Shown in pieces: positions 28,231-38,104 of a stretch of 64,000 bases of DNA. The stretch is taken from the NCBI GenBank assembly GCA_016235865.1, contig JACRIK010000021.1:97226-161225 (forward strand). Direction: 5' to 3'. A model generated the notes under the pieces. It was not told the DNA's origin. It was given only the letters and a program-made list of their open reading frames with translations, and made no database searches. The translations under genes and the position numbers were made by a program. The first letter of the stretch is position 1. Each line of letters starts with the position of its first letter. Origin of the DNA: Planctomycetota bacterium. Lineage in GTDB: Bacteria; Planctomycetota; MHYJ01; JACQXL01.

Positions 28231-29616
28231 ATGCCAAAAAAGCCAAATGTTAGATTTGTCAGTTTGGGATGTCCCAAGAATCTGGTGGATTCTGAGGTGA
28301 TGTTAGGCCATTTGACCGGCGCCGGTTATCGGATATGTCCGGACAACCAGTTAAATCAGGCCCAAAGCGACCTGTTTATGGTCAATACCTGTTGTTTTAT
28401 CAACGAGGCCGAGCAGGAGTCGCGGGATATCATTGGACAGGCCATAGATATCAGGGATAAATTCCGCAAAGCGCATCCGGGCCGGAGCGGTTATAAGATA
28501 GTGGTCAGCGGATGCCTGGCCCAGCGGTATGCCGACCGTTTGAATAATGATTTTAAAGGACAGATTGACGGCATTATCGGGATATCCGAACGGGATAAGG
28601 TTATTGACCTATGCGATGGTTTGGTGAATAATGGGCATAGTAAAAATACCGTGTACCGGGCTAAGCCCAATACCGGATGCCGGACCGATGGTCAACGTCT
28701 GAGAATCACGCCGGCGCATTATGCCTATCTGCGGATAGCCGAGGGGTGCGACAACCGATGCAGTTATTGCGTGATTCCGGCGTTGCACGGCGCGTATCGC
28801 AGTAAGCCACTGGATAAGGTGATAGCCGAGGCATCATCATTGGTAGCAGGCGGGGCCATGGAGATTAATCTGATTGCCCAGGACATTTCTTCTTACGGCA
28901 AGGACATCGGCAGTTCCCTGCCAAAGTTGCTTGAGAAACTGTCCGGCATCAAAGGCCTAAAATGGATTCGGCTGTTATATACCCATCCGGCCCATTTTAC
29001 GGATGAATTGATATATGCCATACGCGATATTGACAAGGTGGTCAAATATGTGGATCTGCCGATTCAGCATATCAGCGACCGGATGCTGGCCTCAATGGGT
29101 CGGCACACAACCTCAGCCCGGGTCAGGCGCCTGATAGACAAAATCAGGCAGGAGATACCGGGCGTATTCATCAGGACCTCGGTGATTGTCGGGTTTCCGG
29201 GCGAGACCGCCCAGGATTTCCGGGAACTGATGAACTTTATCAAGGATACGGAATTTGAACGGCTGGGGGCATTTGAATATTCTCGGGAAAAGGATACCTT
29301 GGCCTATAAGATGGCGCATCAGGTTCCGGCTAAGATTAAAAAGCAGCGGCTGGACAAGGTGATGTTATTACAGCAGGGCATTGCCTTCAGGCAGAATCAG
29401 GCGCTCAAGGGTAAATTAATGGATGCTATTATTGATAAGTCCGGTAAGAACGGGTTTTATTTAGGGCGGATTTATGGAGACGCGCCTGACGTGGATGGTA
29501 ATATTATTATCAAGCCAAAAACTAAACTTTCAGCCGGGGATATTGTAAATATTAAAGTCACCGGCAGTAAAGGTTATGATCTTAAAGGAGAATTAGCAGA
29601 TGAACATACCAAATAA
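28231..29616 (+). CDS. rimO: ribosomal protein S12 methylthiotransferase RimO (MiaB-family radical SAM + TRAM)
   Basis: 461 aa; MTTase N-domain cysteines, radical SAM CDNRCSYC, C-terminal TRAM. Confidence 0.75.
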   Translation: MPKKPNVRFVSLGCPKNLVDSEVMLGHLTGAGYRICPDNQLNQAQSDLFMVNTCCFINEAEQESRDIIGQAIDIRDKFRKAHPGRSGYKIVVSGCLAQRYADRLNNDFKGQIDGIIGISERDKVIDLCDGLVNNGHSKNTVYRAKPNTGCRTDGQRLRITPAHYAYLRIAEGCDNRCSYCVIPALHGAYRSKPLDKVIAEASSLVAGGAMEINLIAQDISSYGKDIGSSLPKLLEKLSGIKGLKWIRLLYTHPAHFTDELIYAIRDIDKVVKYVDLPIQHISDRMLASMGRHTTSARVRRLIDKIRQEIPGVFIRTSVIVGFPGETAQDFRELMNFIKDTEFERLGAFEYSREKDTLAYKMAHQVPAKIKKQRLDKVMLLQQGIAFRQNQALKGKLMDAIIDKSGKNGFYLGRIYGDAPDVDGNIIIKPKTKLSAGDIVNIKVTGSKGYDLKGELADEHTK

Positions 29617-30202
29617 GATTACGGTATCGCGGTTGGTGCTGGCTATAATTTATTTTATCCTGCTCTATCTGGCCGGCCTGGATACGATACCCGAGAAGTT
29701 TGACAAGGCCATATTCTACGCCGGGATGGTGGTTTTTAGCGTTGCGGCCCTGACCGATGTTTTGGACGGCTACCTGGCCCGGCGTTACAATATTGTGACC
29801 AAGTTCGGCCGGATAGCCGACCCGTTCGTGGATAAGGTCCTGATTTGCGGCTCGTTTATATTCTTCGTGAGCTGGCCGTCGCTGAAGCCGTTTATCAGCA
29901 GCTGGATGGTGCTGGTGATTGTCTTCAGGGAATTCCTGGTGCACGGCCTGAGGACCATTGCCGAGTCCAAGGGTATATCTTTCGGCAGCACTGTCTGGGG
30001 CAAGCAGAAGACCTTTACCCAGTGCATCACCGTTATCTGGACGCTGTTCTACCTGGTCTATATGAGATATACCGAGGGACAATGGTGGAGCGCGGTGCTG
30101 TTGAAGTCCCTGGTCTGGCTGACTCTGTTCTCCACGGTTTTTTCCGCCCTGACTTATTTTTATAAGATAAGAAAGATGCTCAGGGAAGTAGTGGATGAAT
30201 AA
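29600..30202 (+). CDS. pgsA: CDP-diacylglycerol--glycerol-3-phosphate 3-phosphatidyltransferase
   Basis: 200 aa; CDP-alcohol phosphatidyltransferase motif DGxxAR...G...D...D. Confidence 0.8.
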   Translation: MNIPNKITVSRLVLAIIYFILLYLAGLDTIPEKFDKAIFYAGMVVFSVAALTDVLDGYLARRYNIVTKFGRIADPFVDKVLICGSFIFFVSWPSLKPFISSWMVLVIVFREFLVHGLRTIAESKGISFGSTVWGKQKTFTQCITVIWTLFYLVYMRYTEGQWWSAVLLKSLVWLTLFSTVFSALTYFYKIRKMLREVVDE

Positions 30203-30653
30203 GCTGTTAGTTATTATCGGGAGCGGGGGAGTGGGGTACAAATTGCCCCTGATGCAGGGTACAGTCGGCACCCTGGAGGCCGTGGTTTTGTATCTGGCGG
30301 TATTAAATTGGGCGCCGAAACAGGTTAATCTCTGGGCCTACGGTTTCATTGTTCTGTTTACGGTTTTGAGCTTGGCTTTGGGCGGTCTGGCTGAAGAGTA
30401 TTTTAAGGCCAGAGACCCGCGTCCCTTTGTGCTGGATGAATTAGCAGGATTTTTCTGCGCGGTAATATTTTTACCGGCCACATATTTTTATATAATATGC
30501 GCGTTTATCCTGTTCCGGATATTTGATGTCTGGAAACCTTTCCCGGTCAGGAGATTGCAGGATTTGCCGGCCGGGGTGGGCATCGTGGCTGATGATTTAT
30601 GGGCCGGTTTTTATGCTAATATCTGTTGCCAGATAATCAGGTATTTGATTTAA
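30195..30653 (+). CDS. pgpA: phosphatidylglycerophosphatase A
   Basis: 152 aa; PgpA family. Confidence 0.75.
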   Translation: MNKLLVIIGSGGVGYKLPLMQGTVGTLEAVVLYLAVLNWAPKQVNLWAYGFIVLFTVLSLALGGLAEEYFKARDPRPFVLDELAGFFCAVIFLPATYFYIICAFILFRIFDVWKPFPVRRLQDLPAGVGIVADDLWAGFYANICCQIIRYLI

Positions 30654-32422
30654 TATTACGTATGCAAAAAGGTAAACCAACATCGTCTTCGGTTAGTGGC
30701 GCTTCCGGCATCAATAAGCCTGGTAGTGCTTCCAAGGTTGTTCGTCCGGGCCGGCCGGACAGTCGACCGGGCGGACCTTCAGGCAAATCTTCCAAGATAA
30801 TGCCGGTTCCGGCTAATCTTGCCCCGGCCCAGAATGACAAGGCTACACCCGCCACGCATAAGGGGATATCATTGGGTATCAAATATGCCTTGCTGACCGC
30901 CCTGACCGTTAGTTTGGCCGTGATTTTACTGGTGGTTATCTATAATAATTTTTCCAGCAAAGTGATAGATGAGAATATTACCGAACAAGGTGTTAGATTC
31001 GTTCAATGGGCTGCCACCTTTAAGCCTTCCTATTGGAAATCAGCTGATAAAGACACCATAGAACTCCTGGCATCCAAAAAAGGTGATGCGATGGGTCTTA
31101 ATGTGCCGAATATTTTAAATCTGGTGATTACCGATTTGGATAAGCGCCCACTGGCCGGGATAGACCAAAGCGAGACTACTTTGAGGAATCCTAAGAAATT
31201 GCCATTGGTGACATCAGAGACTATCACGCTAATGGAAGGCGAATACCAGGATAAAATAACCGGACGCTGGGTTCGGACCAGGTTGTTCATAAAGAAGATT
31301 GTTGATTCCGAACTGAAAGGCCAGGGTTATGTCATCCTGTTTCTTGATGCCAGAAAGATAGATGAGCAGTTGAGTAAGATACTGGCGGCGTCTATATTCC
31401 CGGCAATACTGGCAATTATCATTGGCGGGATTATCGGGTTCTTTATGGCCCGCTGGGTAACCAGGCCGGTCCAGGTCCTGATGGAGGATATGGCCATCGT
31501 CAGCGCCGGTGACCTGACCCATAAAAGCCGGGTGGAGAGCACTGATGAAGTGGGTGTTCTGGCGTCGTCATTTGATAAGATGACCAATAGTTTAAAGGTG
31601 GCTCACCAGCGGGAACTCGAGAGCAAGGCATTGGAACATGAACTTAACATCGCCCGGGAAATCCAGTATAACCTTTTACCCAAGGAGATTCCGACCATTC
31701 CCGGGTACGATATCGCGGCCCGCTATTTCCCCTGTTTTGAGGTCAGCGGCGATTATTATGATATTATGCAGCTTGATAACGATAATCTGGGCATTATTGT
31801 GGCCGACGTTTCCGGTAAGGGCGTGCCGGCTTCGATGATTATGACCATGGCCCGGAGTCTGGTCCGGATGGAATCGGAACGGAATCTTTCCACAGCCGAT
31901 ACCCTGAAGAAGGTCAACCGCATCTTAGCCCGGGACCTCAGGCGCGGGATGTTTGTCACCGCCATGTATTGTATCCTGAATATCAAGACCGGAATGATTA
32001 AGGTTTCCAGCGCCGGACATAATCCGCTGGTGGTCTGGCGCAATGATCAGCAGCGCTATGAATTGTTCAACCCCAACGGTATTGCCCTGGGCTTTGACCG
32101 CGGGCCGGTCTTTGACCGGACCATCAAGGAGGAAACTATCATGATTAATCCGGGTGATTTGGTGGTGGGTTTTACGGACGGCGTTACCGAGTCAATGGAT
32201 ACGGACGATAACGAATTGGGCGGGGATAAATTTTATAAGTTAGTCGGCGAACTGCATCATCTGGAATCACAGCGTGTTATTGACAGCGTGATGAAATTCC
32301 TGAGTGATTTTAAGGGCAGCGCGCCCCAGCATGATGATATTACACTAGTTTGCGTCAAGCGGACGGCTATCCCGGCCGGAAATGTTCCGGTGACGGAAGG
32401 GCTGAAACCGCCGGACGCATAA
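30626..32422 (+). CDS. membrane-anchored HAMP-domain PP2C-type phosphatase (RsbU/SpoIIE-like)
   Basis: 598 aa; TM + HAMP + PPM phosphatase ('VADVSGKGVPASMIMTMARS'). Confidence 0.8.
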   Translation: MPDNQVFDLILRMQKGKPTSSSVSGASGINKPGSASKVVRPGRPDSRPGGPSGKSSKIMPVPANLAPAQNDKATPATHKGISLGIKYALLTALTVSLAVILLVVIYNNFSSKVIDENITEQGVRFVQWAATFKPSYWKSADKDTIELLASKKGDAMGLNVPNILNLVITDLDKRPLAGIDQSETTLRNPKKLPLVTSETITLMEGEYQDKITGRWVRTRLFIKKIVDSELKGQGYVILFLDARKIDEQLSKILAASIFPAILAIIIGGIIGFFMARWVTRPVQVLMEDMAIVSAGDLTHKSRVESTDEVGVLASSFDKMTNSLKVAHQRELESKALEHELNIAREIQYNLLPKEIPTIPGYDIAARYFPCFEVSGDYYDIMQLDNDNLGIIVADVSGKGVPASMIMTMARSLVRMESERNLSTADTLKKVNRILARDLRRGMFVTAMYCILNIKTGMIKVSSAGHNPLVVWRNDQQRYELFNPNGIALGFDRGPVFDRTIKEETIMINPGDLVVGFTDGVTESMDTDDNELGGDKFYKLVGELHHLESQRVIDSVMKFLSDFKGSAPQHDDITLVCVKRTAIPAGNVPVTEGLKPPDA

Positions 32423-32468
32423 TCGGACGCCGGAGAAGCTGTTTTGAGTCAGCGAGATAGGAGAAAGA

Positions 32469-32903
32469 ATGACAGACAATGTTAAAGACCGGTTGGTTAT
32501 TAACAGTGAACTGAAGCATCTGAATTTAGCGCGGCATTTTATCGTCAGGACTATCAGGAAGGTTAACCTGGCCCCGAGCGACGAGAATAAGATAGTCCTG
32601 GCTACTGATGAGGCATTGAGCAATATTGTTGAGCATGCCTACGAGTTTAACAAGAGCGGGTATATTGATATCAATGTCGAGGTTACCCCCAAGCAGTTCC
32701 AGATTCGGATACTGAACGGAGGGCGGGATTTTGATCTGGAGAAGGTGAAAATTAAGGATATTATGGAGCACGTCAAACAGGGGAAGAGGAGGGGACTGGG
32801 TATTTTTCTGATGAGACGGATAATGGACGAGGTGAAATACTCATTCAAGAACGGGCAGAATCAATTAATTCTAATAAAATATTTGACAACTTCCGATAGA
32901 TAA
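32469..32903 (+). CDS. anti-sigma regulatory factor, Ser/Thr kinase (RsbW/SpoIIAB-like GHKL ATPase)
   Basis: 144 aa; 'DEALSNIVEHAY' HATPase_c N-box. Confidence 0.75.
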   Translation: MTDNVKDRLVINSELKHLNLARHFIVRTIRKVNLAPSDENKIVLATDEALSNIVEHAYEFNKSGYIDINVEVTPKQFQIRILNGGRDFDLEKVKIKDIMEHVKQGKRRGLGIFLMRRIMDEVKYSFKNGQNQLILIKYLTTSDR

Positions 32904-32933
32904 TTAGATTGTTTGAGAAATAAGGAGGAATGA

Positions 32934-33281
32934 ATGGCAGAAATCAAGATAGAAATGCAGAAATTACCCAACGGAGCTATTCTTGTTAAGCTTAAAGGTT
33001 TTCTGGATGCTTACACTTACGGCGAGTTCGAGCAAACGATAAATAATTTATTTAACCAGAAAATGTACAGGTTGATTGTGGATATGTCAGCGGTGGATTA
33101 TATTTCCAGCGCCGGGGCCGGCGTTTTTATCGGTTCCATCGGCGTGGCTCAGGAAAATCAGGGTAATATCGTCATCGTCCGTCCCAAGCCGGCTGTTAAA
33201 GAGGTTTTTGACCTTCTGGGATTGTCGCAGATATTTACTATCGTTGAGAATATGGAATCCGCTCTGACCGCTCTGGCATAA
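32934..33281 (+). CDS. STAS-domain anti-sigma factor antagonist (RsbV/SpoIIAA-like)
   Basis: 115 aa; STAS fold with conserved phosphorylatable Ser region 'DYISSAGAGV'. Confidence 0.75.
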   Translation: MAEIKIEMQKLPNGAILVKLKGFLDAYTYGEFEQTINNLFNQKMYRLIVDMSAVDYISSAGAGVFIGSIGVAQENQGNIVIVRPKPAVKEVFDLLGLSQIFTIVENMESALTALA

Positions 33282-33302
33282 CAGGATTCTCATTGGAGCG
33301 TT

Positions 33303-34589
33303 GTGCATAAAATAAAACTCCCTTACGGCAAGAAATATCAGTATTTCCGTATTCCTTCATCGGTAAAATACAGGATATTGGAGGTGCGCGAGCCGGTACC
33401 GATTACTGATTTTTCAGGCAATTTGATACATGCCGTCAATCACCCGATTAATTCAGCTCGATTTGATTCTTTCTTTAACGTCCAGGATAAAATAGCCATT
33501 CTTATCCCGGATAAAACCCGTCGGTGCCCATCTGATAAGGTGCTTGATATTGTTATCAAACGCCTTACTGGTATGGGCGTGGACCGGGCAAATATCACCG
33601 TTATTCTGGCCCGGGGTTCTCATTCTGCTCACGCCCCGGCGGAGATAACTAAATTGGTTGGTCGGAGTACTTCCCGGGCTATAAAAGTCATAGACCACGA
33701 TGCCAATAAATCCACCGAGCTATCATATATCGGGACGACCTCAAGAGGTACGCAGGTAAGAATTAACAAGCATTGCGCCGATGCCGATAAAATCATTATT
33801 ATCGGGACAGTTGGCTATCATTATTACGCCGGCTTTTCAGGCGGCCGGAAACTCATCCTGCCCGGTATTTCCGCCTATCAGACCATCCAGCAGAATCACA
33901 GTTTGGTCCTGAATAAACCGCCTCTGAAAGGCAAGAATTCTGATGCCTGCCTAGGTAAACTTGACGGCAATCCGGTAAATGAGGATATGATAGAAGCCGC
34001 CCGGTTAGCCGGACGGGGAAGAGTTTTCTCCATCAATCTGGCGATTAATAGCCGGGATGAAATAATCAGAATGTTTTGCGGTGATATTATTGATGCGCAT
34101 CGTCGCGGGTGTGACTTTGTGGACAGGATTTATCAAGTACCGCTTAAAGGTAAGGCGGATTATATTATTGCTTCGGCAGGCGGGTATCCTACGGATGTTA
34201 ATTTTATTCAGACTCATAAAGCAATAGAAAACGCTGTTTATGCCTTAAAGGATAGAGGGAAAATGCTGATTTTGGCCGAATGCAAAGAGGGCATTGGTTC
34301 GGATATATTTATGGGTTTTTTGCAGCACCGGACACCGGAAAAAATGGAAGCCGAACTGCGCAAGAAGTTTGTGGTTTCAGGCCATACGGCCTTATGCACC
34401 TTGATAAAGGCAAATAGGTTTGATATCTACCTTTATTCTGGGCTCAAGGATTCTCTTGTCAGGAATTTACACTTTACGCCGATGGATGACGTCCAGCGGG
34501 CGATGGATATTTTCTTCAGGCAGATGCCTGATGACGCGACGGTATTTGTTCTGCCCAAGGGGTGCGGTGTCAGGCCGGTTGTTTCTTAG
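33303..34589 (+). CDS. LarA-like (nickel-dependent lactate racemase family, DUF2088) protein
   Basis: 428 aa; LarA N- and C-terminal domain family resemblance. Confidence 0.65.
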   Translation: MHKIKLPYGKKYQYFRIPSSVKYRILEVREPVPITDFSGNLIHAVNHPINSARFDSFFNVQDKIAILIPDKTRRCPSDKVLDIVIKRLTGMGVDRANITVILARGSHSAHAPAEITKLVGRSTSRAIKVIDHDANKSTELSYIGTTSRGTQVRINKHCADADKIIIIGTVGYHYYAGFSGGRKLILPGISAYQTIQQNHSLVLNKPPLKGKNSDACLGKLDGNPVNEDMIEAARLAGRGRVFSINLAINSRDEIIRMFCGDIIDAHRRGCDFVDRIYQVPLKGKADYIIASAGGYPTDVNFIQTHKAIENAVYALKDRGKMLILAECKEGIGSDIFMGFLQHRTPEKMEAELRKKFVVSGHTALCTLIKANRFDIYLYSGLKDSLVRNLHFTPMDDVQRAMDIFFRQMPDDATVFVLPKGCGVRPVVS

Positions 34590-35032
34590 ATGGCTTTTTG
34601 CTCATCCTGTAGTTCAGAAGGATGTTCCTTAAAATCACCTGGTTTATAACCAGGTTTTTTAGCCCGTTCCACTTCATCCTTATATGCCTGCAGGACTTTG
34701 TTTTGAATCATATCACGGCATTGAGTATTAATCGGGTGGCAGATATCGGCGAATACCTGAATCCGTCCGTTCAGATCACGAGGTCCTCGTCCGGAATCTA
34801 ATTTACAGCCGCACTCGCAGCAGAATCTTGAGAGCATGGTATTCTTACCACGGCATTTGGGGCAATGGTCTGTTATCTTGCGGCTGGGCATAGCCACAAA
34901 AATCCCGTTGGATCCTTCAATAACCTTCAAATCCCTGACGACAAAGGCATTGTCAAAAGTGATGCTGCAGAATGCCTTCAGCCGGTCTGCGGCCCGTCCC
35001 AGTAATCTTACTCTTGTCTCTGTTATTTCCAT
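34586..35032 (-). CDS. spoVG: SpoVG-family protein with inserted zinc-ribbon
   Basis: 148 aa; 'ITFDNAFVVRDLKVIEGSNGIFVAMPSRK...HPIN' SpoVG core interrupted by CPKCRGKNTMLSRFCCECGC. Confidence 0.7.
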   Translation of the reverse strand: MEITETRVRLLGRAADRLKAFCSITFDNAFVVRDLKVIEGSNGIFVAMPSRKITDHCPKCRGKNTMLSRFCCECGCKLDSGRGPRDLNGRIQVFADICHPINTQCRDMIQNKVLQAYKDEVERAKKPGYKPGDFKEHPSELQDEQKAI

Positions 35033-35122
35033 AAGAACACTGTCTTCTCCAGTTTATCCGGATACAAAAATGCCTCTTTTAGGATGTTTAATCTATGGAA
35101 GTATATACTTAAGAGACGTTTA

Positions 35123-35157
35123 CCCAGCCCTTGCATGCAAAGGCTGGGTTTATTTAT
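35123..35157 (+). terminator. rho-independent terminator-like hairpin + T-tract
   Basis: cccagcccttgcatgcaaaggctggg followed by tttatttat. Confidence 0.4.
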
Positions 35158-35162
35158 CAGCC

Positions 35163-36047
35163 CTAATCAAGGCCGTTAACAATAAAGGATTGGCCTAAAT
35201 TCCTTCTAGATAGTACGGTAGCCAGAGTTTTGGCTTCGGTTCGGCTACTGCATAGTTTAAAAATGGTAGACCCGCTGCCGGAAAGCAATATTCCCGGGTG
35301 GGATATTTTCTGGAATGCTCGGTGCGTGTCTTTTAAAACAGGATATAGTTTCATCGCCACGTTCTCTAATCTATTGTATAGCAACTTCTGGATTTCTTTG
35401 TAACCTGCCTGTTTCTGTTGGAGTTTATTAACTAATGGTAATATACCATTAGAGGCCGGTTTTGTCAAGTAGAATCTGATATTTTTGTAAATATTTTTGG
35501 TCGGGATGGATATCGGCGGTTTGAGTAGGAGATAGTGAAATTTTGCACTAATCATTAATGGCAAGATAATCTCACCCCGGCCTTTGACCAGGGCGGTTCC
35601 GCCGTATGTGAAAAAAGGTACGTCAGAGCCCAATCTGGCGCCCAGAAAAGACATTTCTTCCTGGCTTAATCCCAGGTTCCAGAGCCGGTTCAGGCCTAAT
35701 AAAACAGCGGCCGCATTGCTGCTCCCGCCGCCTAATCCGCCGCCTATCGGGATTCGTTTCTCCAGGATTATCCGAACGCCTTTCCCGATACCGTATTCCT
35801 TCTTTACAAGTTCAGCCGCTTTATAAACCAGGTTAGCCCTGCTTGATGCCAGTTCCGGATGGGTGGTTACTACTTCGATTCCTTTGCTTATTGGATGCAG
35901 GTAGAGCGTATCAAAGAGGGAGACTGTTTGCATGATGCTTTCTATCTCGTGGAATCCGTCCTGGCGCTTACCCAGCACCTCGAGAAACAGGTTAATCTTG
36001 GCCGGCGAAAGTATCTTCAGTCCTTTTCGGGTCTTTGTGATTAGCAT
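35163..36047 (-). CDS. ispE: 4-diphosphocytidyl-2-C-methyl-D-erythritol kinase
   Basis: 294 aa; GHMP kinase, 'KINLFLEVLGKRQDGFHEI'. Confidence 0.85.
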   Translation of the reverse strand: MLITKTRKGLKILSPAKINLFLEVLGKRQDGFHEIESIMQTVSLFDTLYLHPISKGIEVVTTHPELASSRANLVYKAAELVKKEYGIGKGVRIILEKRIPIGGGLGGGSSNAAAVLLGLNRLWNLGLSQEEMSFLGARLGSDVPFFTYGGTALVKGRGEIILPLMISAKFHYLLLKPPISIPTKNIYKNIRFYLTKPASNGILPLVNKLQQKQAGYKEIQKLLYNRLENVAMKLYPVLKDTHRAFQKISHPGILLSGSGSTIFKLCSSRTEAKTLATVLSRRNLGQSFIVNGLD

Positions 36048-36880
36048 AAAATATTATCTATCAGCCTGGTCTTACCTGCATATACGGCCAGGGCAATAAG
36101 CGTATGCCCCTTTTTTATCTTTTCTATAGTTTTAAGCGTTTCCGGGTCTGCGATTTCCACATAGTCAATCCGGCTGCCGGGGATGGTTTTGATGACGGCC
36201 AGCATGGCATCTCGGATTTTCCTGCAGTCCTTCTCGCCCGATATAATCAATTCCTTTGCCTTGAGCAATGACCGGTAAAGGCGCTGGGCATAATATCGTT
36301 CTGGCACACTCAGGTATTTATTGCGTGAACTCATGGCCAATCCGTCCGGTTCGCGGACCGTGGGCAGGGTTTTTATCTCAAGATTCATATCCAGGTCTCT
36401 GGCCATTTTTCTTATAATCAGCGCTTGCTGGAAATCCTTCTGTCCGAAATAGGCGACATCCGGCTGGACAATATTTAATAACTTGGTCACCACGGTCATC
36501 ACACCCCGGAAATGACCGGGCCGGGACTGGCCGCAGAGTTTATCGGTCAGGTTAGACATGTCAACGAAGGTAGAGGTGTTATGATACATTGCTTTTACAG
36601 TCGGTGCAAAGATGATATCTACTCCGGCCGTTTTGGCCAATTTGGCATCACCTTTGAGATTACGGGGATAGCGCTTGAAATCTTCTTTGGGCCCGAATTG
36701 GAGCGGGTTGACGAATATGCTGATGACCACCAGGTCGTTATCCTTCTTTGCCTGCCGCATCAGTTCCAGGTGTCCCTGATGCAATGCCCCCATGGTCGGC
36801 ACAAAACCAATCATTAATCCCTTGCGTCTGGCCCGGTTGATTTCTGTCCTGATGCTTTTGAGCGTGGTGATTATTTTCAT
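36041..36880 (-). CDS. panC: pantoate--beta-alanine ligase
   Basis: 279 aa; 'FVPTMGALHQGHLEL' HIGH-type motif. Confidence 0.9.
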   Translation of the reverse strand: MKIITTLKSIRTEINRARRKGLMIGFVPTMGALHQGHLELMRQAKKDNDLVVISIFVNPLQFGPKEDFKRYPRNLKGDAKLAKTAGVDIIFAPTVKAMYHNTSTFVDMSNLTDKLCGQSRPGHFRGVMTVVTKLLNIVQPDVAYFGQKDFQQALIIRKMARDLDMNLEIKTLPTVREPDGLAMSSRNKYLSVPERYYAQRLYRSLLKAKELIISGEKDCRKIRDAMLAVIKTIPGSRIDYVEIADPETLKTIEKIKKGHTLIALAVYAGKTRLIDNILC

Positions 36881-36881
36881 A

Positions 36882-37340
36882 TTACAGTTTTTTTAGCAAA
36901 GCGCATATCGGTTTATTCAGCACCGGGTGCATCAATTCCGGGGCCAGCTCGCAGAGCGGCTCCAGGACAAATCTGCGTTTGTGCATCCGCGGATGCGGTA
37001 TGGTCAGATGTGGCAGGCGATATATTTTTTGTCCATACAGTAAGATATCCAGGTCAATGGTCCTGGGTAATAATCTGTCGTTAATCCTGACCCGGCCCAG
37101 TGTCTTTTCTATCCGTGATGATTCCTTTAGCAGGGCTATTGCGGACAGCGATGTTTTCATCTCAATTACCGCATTGATATAATTAGGCTGCTGGATATTG
37201 CCTTCAGCCGGCGTCCGGTAAATCCCGGAAACGCCTGTGACCCGGGTGTCTTTTATTTGTTTTATAGAGCGGATGGCTATTTTGATATTCTGTTGCTTAT
37301 CACCCAGGTTGGAACCCAAAGCAATATAGGCGGTTATCAT
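36882..37340 (-). CDS. folK: 6-hydroxymethyl-7,8-dihydropterin pyrophosphokinase
   Basis: 152 aa; HPPK family 'YIALGSNLGD'. Confidence 0.85.
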   Translation of the reverse strand: MITAYIALGSNLGDKQQNIKIAIRSIKQIKDTRVTGVSGIYRTPAEGNIQQPNYINAVIEMKTSLSAIALLKESSRIEKTLGRVRINDRLLPRTIDLDILLYGQKIYRLPHLTIPHPRMHKRRFVLEPLCELAPELMHPVLNKPICALLKKL

Positions 37341-37345
37341 TTATT

Positions 37346-38104
37346 CTAACCTGATTCATTCGATTCAGCCGTAGCCGCGCGCCGGGTGAATATCTTTAGC
37401 TTGAAATGGTTGGCCACTCCGCTCAGGGCGTATAATAAAAAAGTTACGCTCAGGGTAATCTCAAACCACTGGAGCAGGGAAAATCCGACCACGATTATTT
37501 CCACCAGTTTGATAAGCGGGCGCGCTTTCAGGAACCGGTTCATAAAATGGGAATAACGAAAACGACTGATCATCAATGCGGAAATCAACAGTAATATGAA
37601 AGGCAGTGCTGTGATGATTATTTTAAGCTGGAGATGCTGGTAGAGGATAACCAAACTGGCCACCACGGCCGCGGCCCCGGGGGTGGGCAGCCCGAAGAAA
37701 AACTGGTGGTCCTCTTCCTTGGTGGTGGTTTCGGTGTTAAAACGGGCCAGCCGCAGAGTGGCGCAGACCAGATAAAACGCCGCCAGCGCCCAGATAAGCC
37801 GAACCGGGAAATTAGCGGAGTTGACTACCAGCTTCAGGGCTATAAATGCCGGCACCAGCCCGAATGAGATGACATCGGCCAGTGAATCCAGATGCACTCC
37901 GAATTGCGATGACGAATTGGTGAACCGGGCCATCTTGCCGTCCAGCATATCAAAGGCCATGGCCACGAATATCATCCAGGCCGCCGTGGCATAATCCATC
38001 TTCATCAGGTAGTATAATGACGCGAATCCGGACAGCAGATTGCCTATGGTCAGCAATGACGGCAGAATCGGCACAACTTTCAGCTTTCTAAATTTTACTT
38101 TCAT
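37346..38104 (-). CDS. pssA: CDP-diacylglycerol--serine O-phosphatidyltransferase
   Basis: 252 aa; CDP-alcohol phosphatidyltransferase motif 'DMLDGKMAR...G...DSLADVISFG'. Confidence 0.75.
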   Translation of the reverse strand: MKVKFRKLKVVPILPSLLTIGNLLSGFASLYYLMKMDYATAAWMIFVAMAFDMLDGKMARFTNSSSQFGVHLDSLADVISFGLVPAFIALKLVVNSANFPVRLIWALAAFYLVCATLRLARFNTETTTKEEDHQFFFGLPTPGAAAVVASLVILYQHLQLKIIITALPFILLLISALMISRFRYSHFMNRFLKARPLIKLVEIIVVGFSLLQWFEITLSVTFLLYALSGVANHFKLKIFTRRAATAESNESG

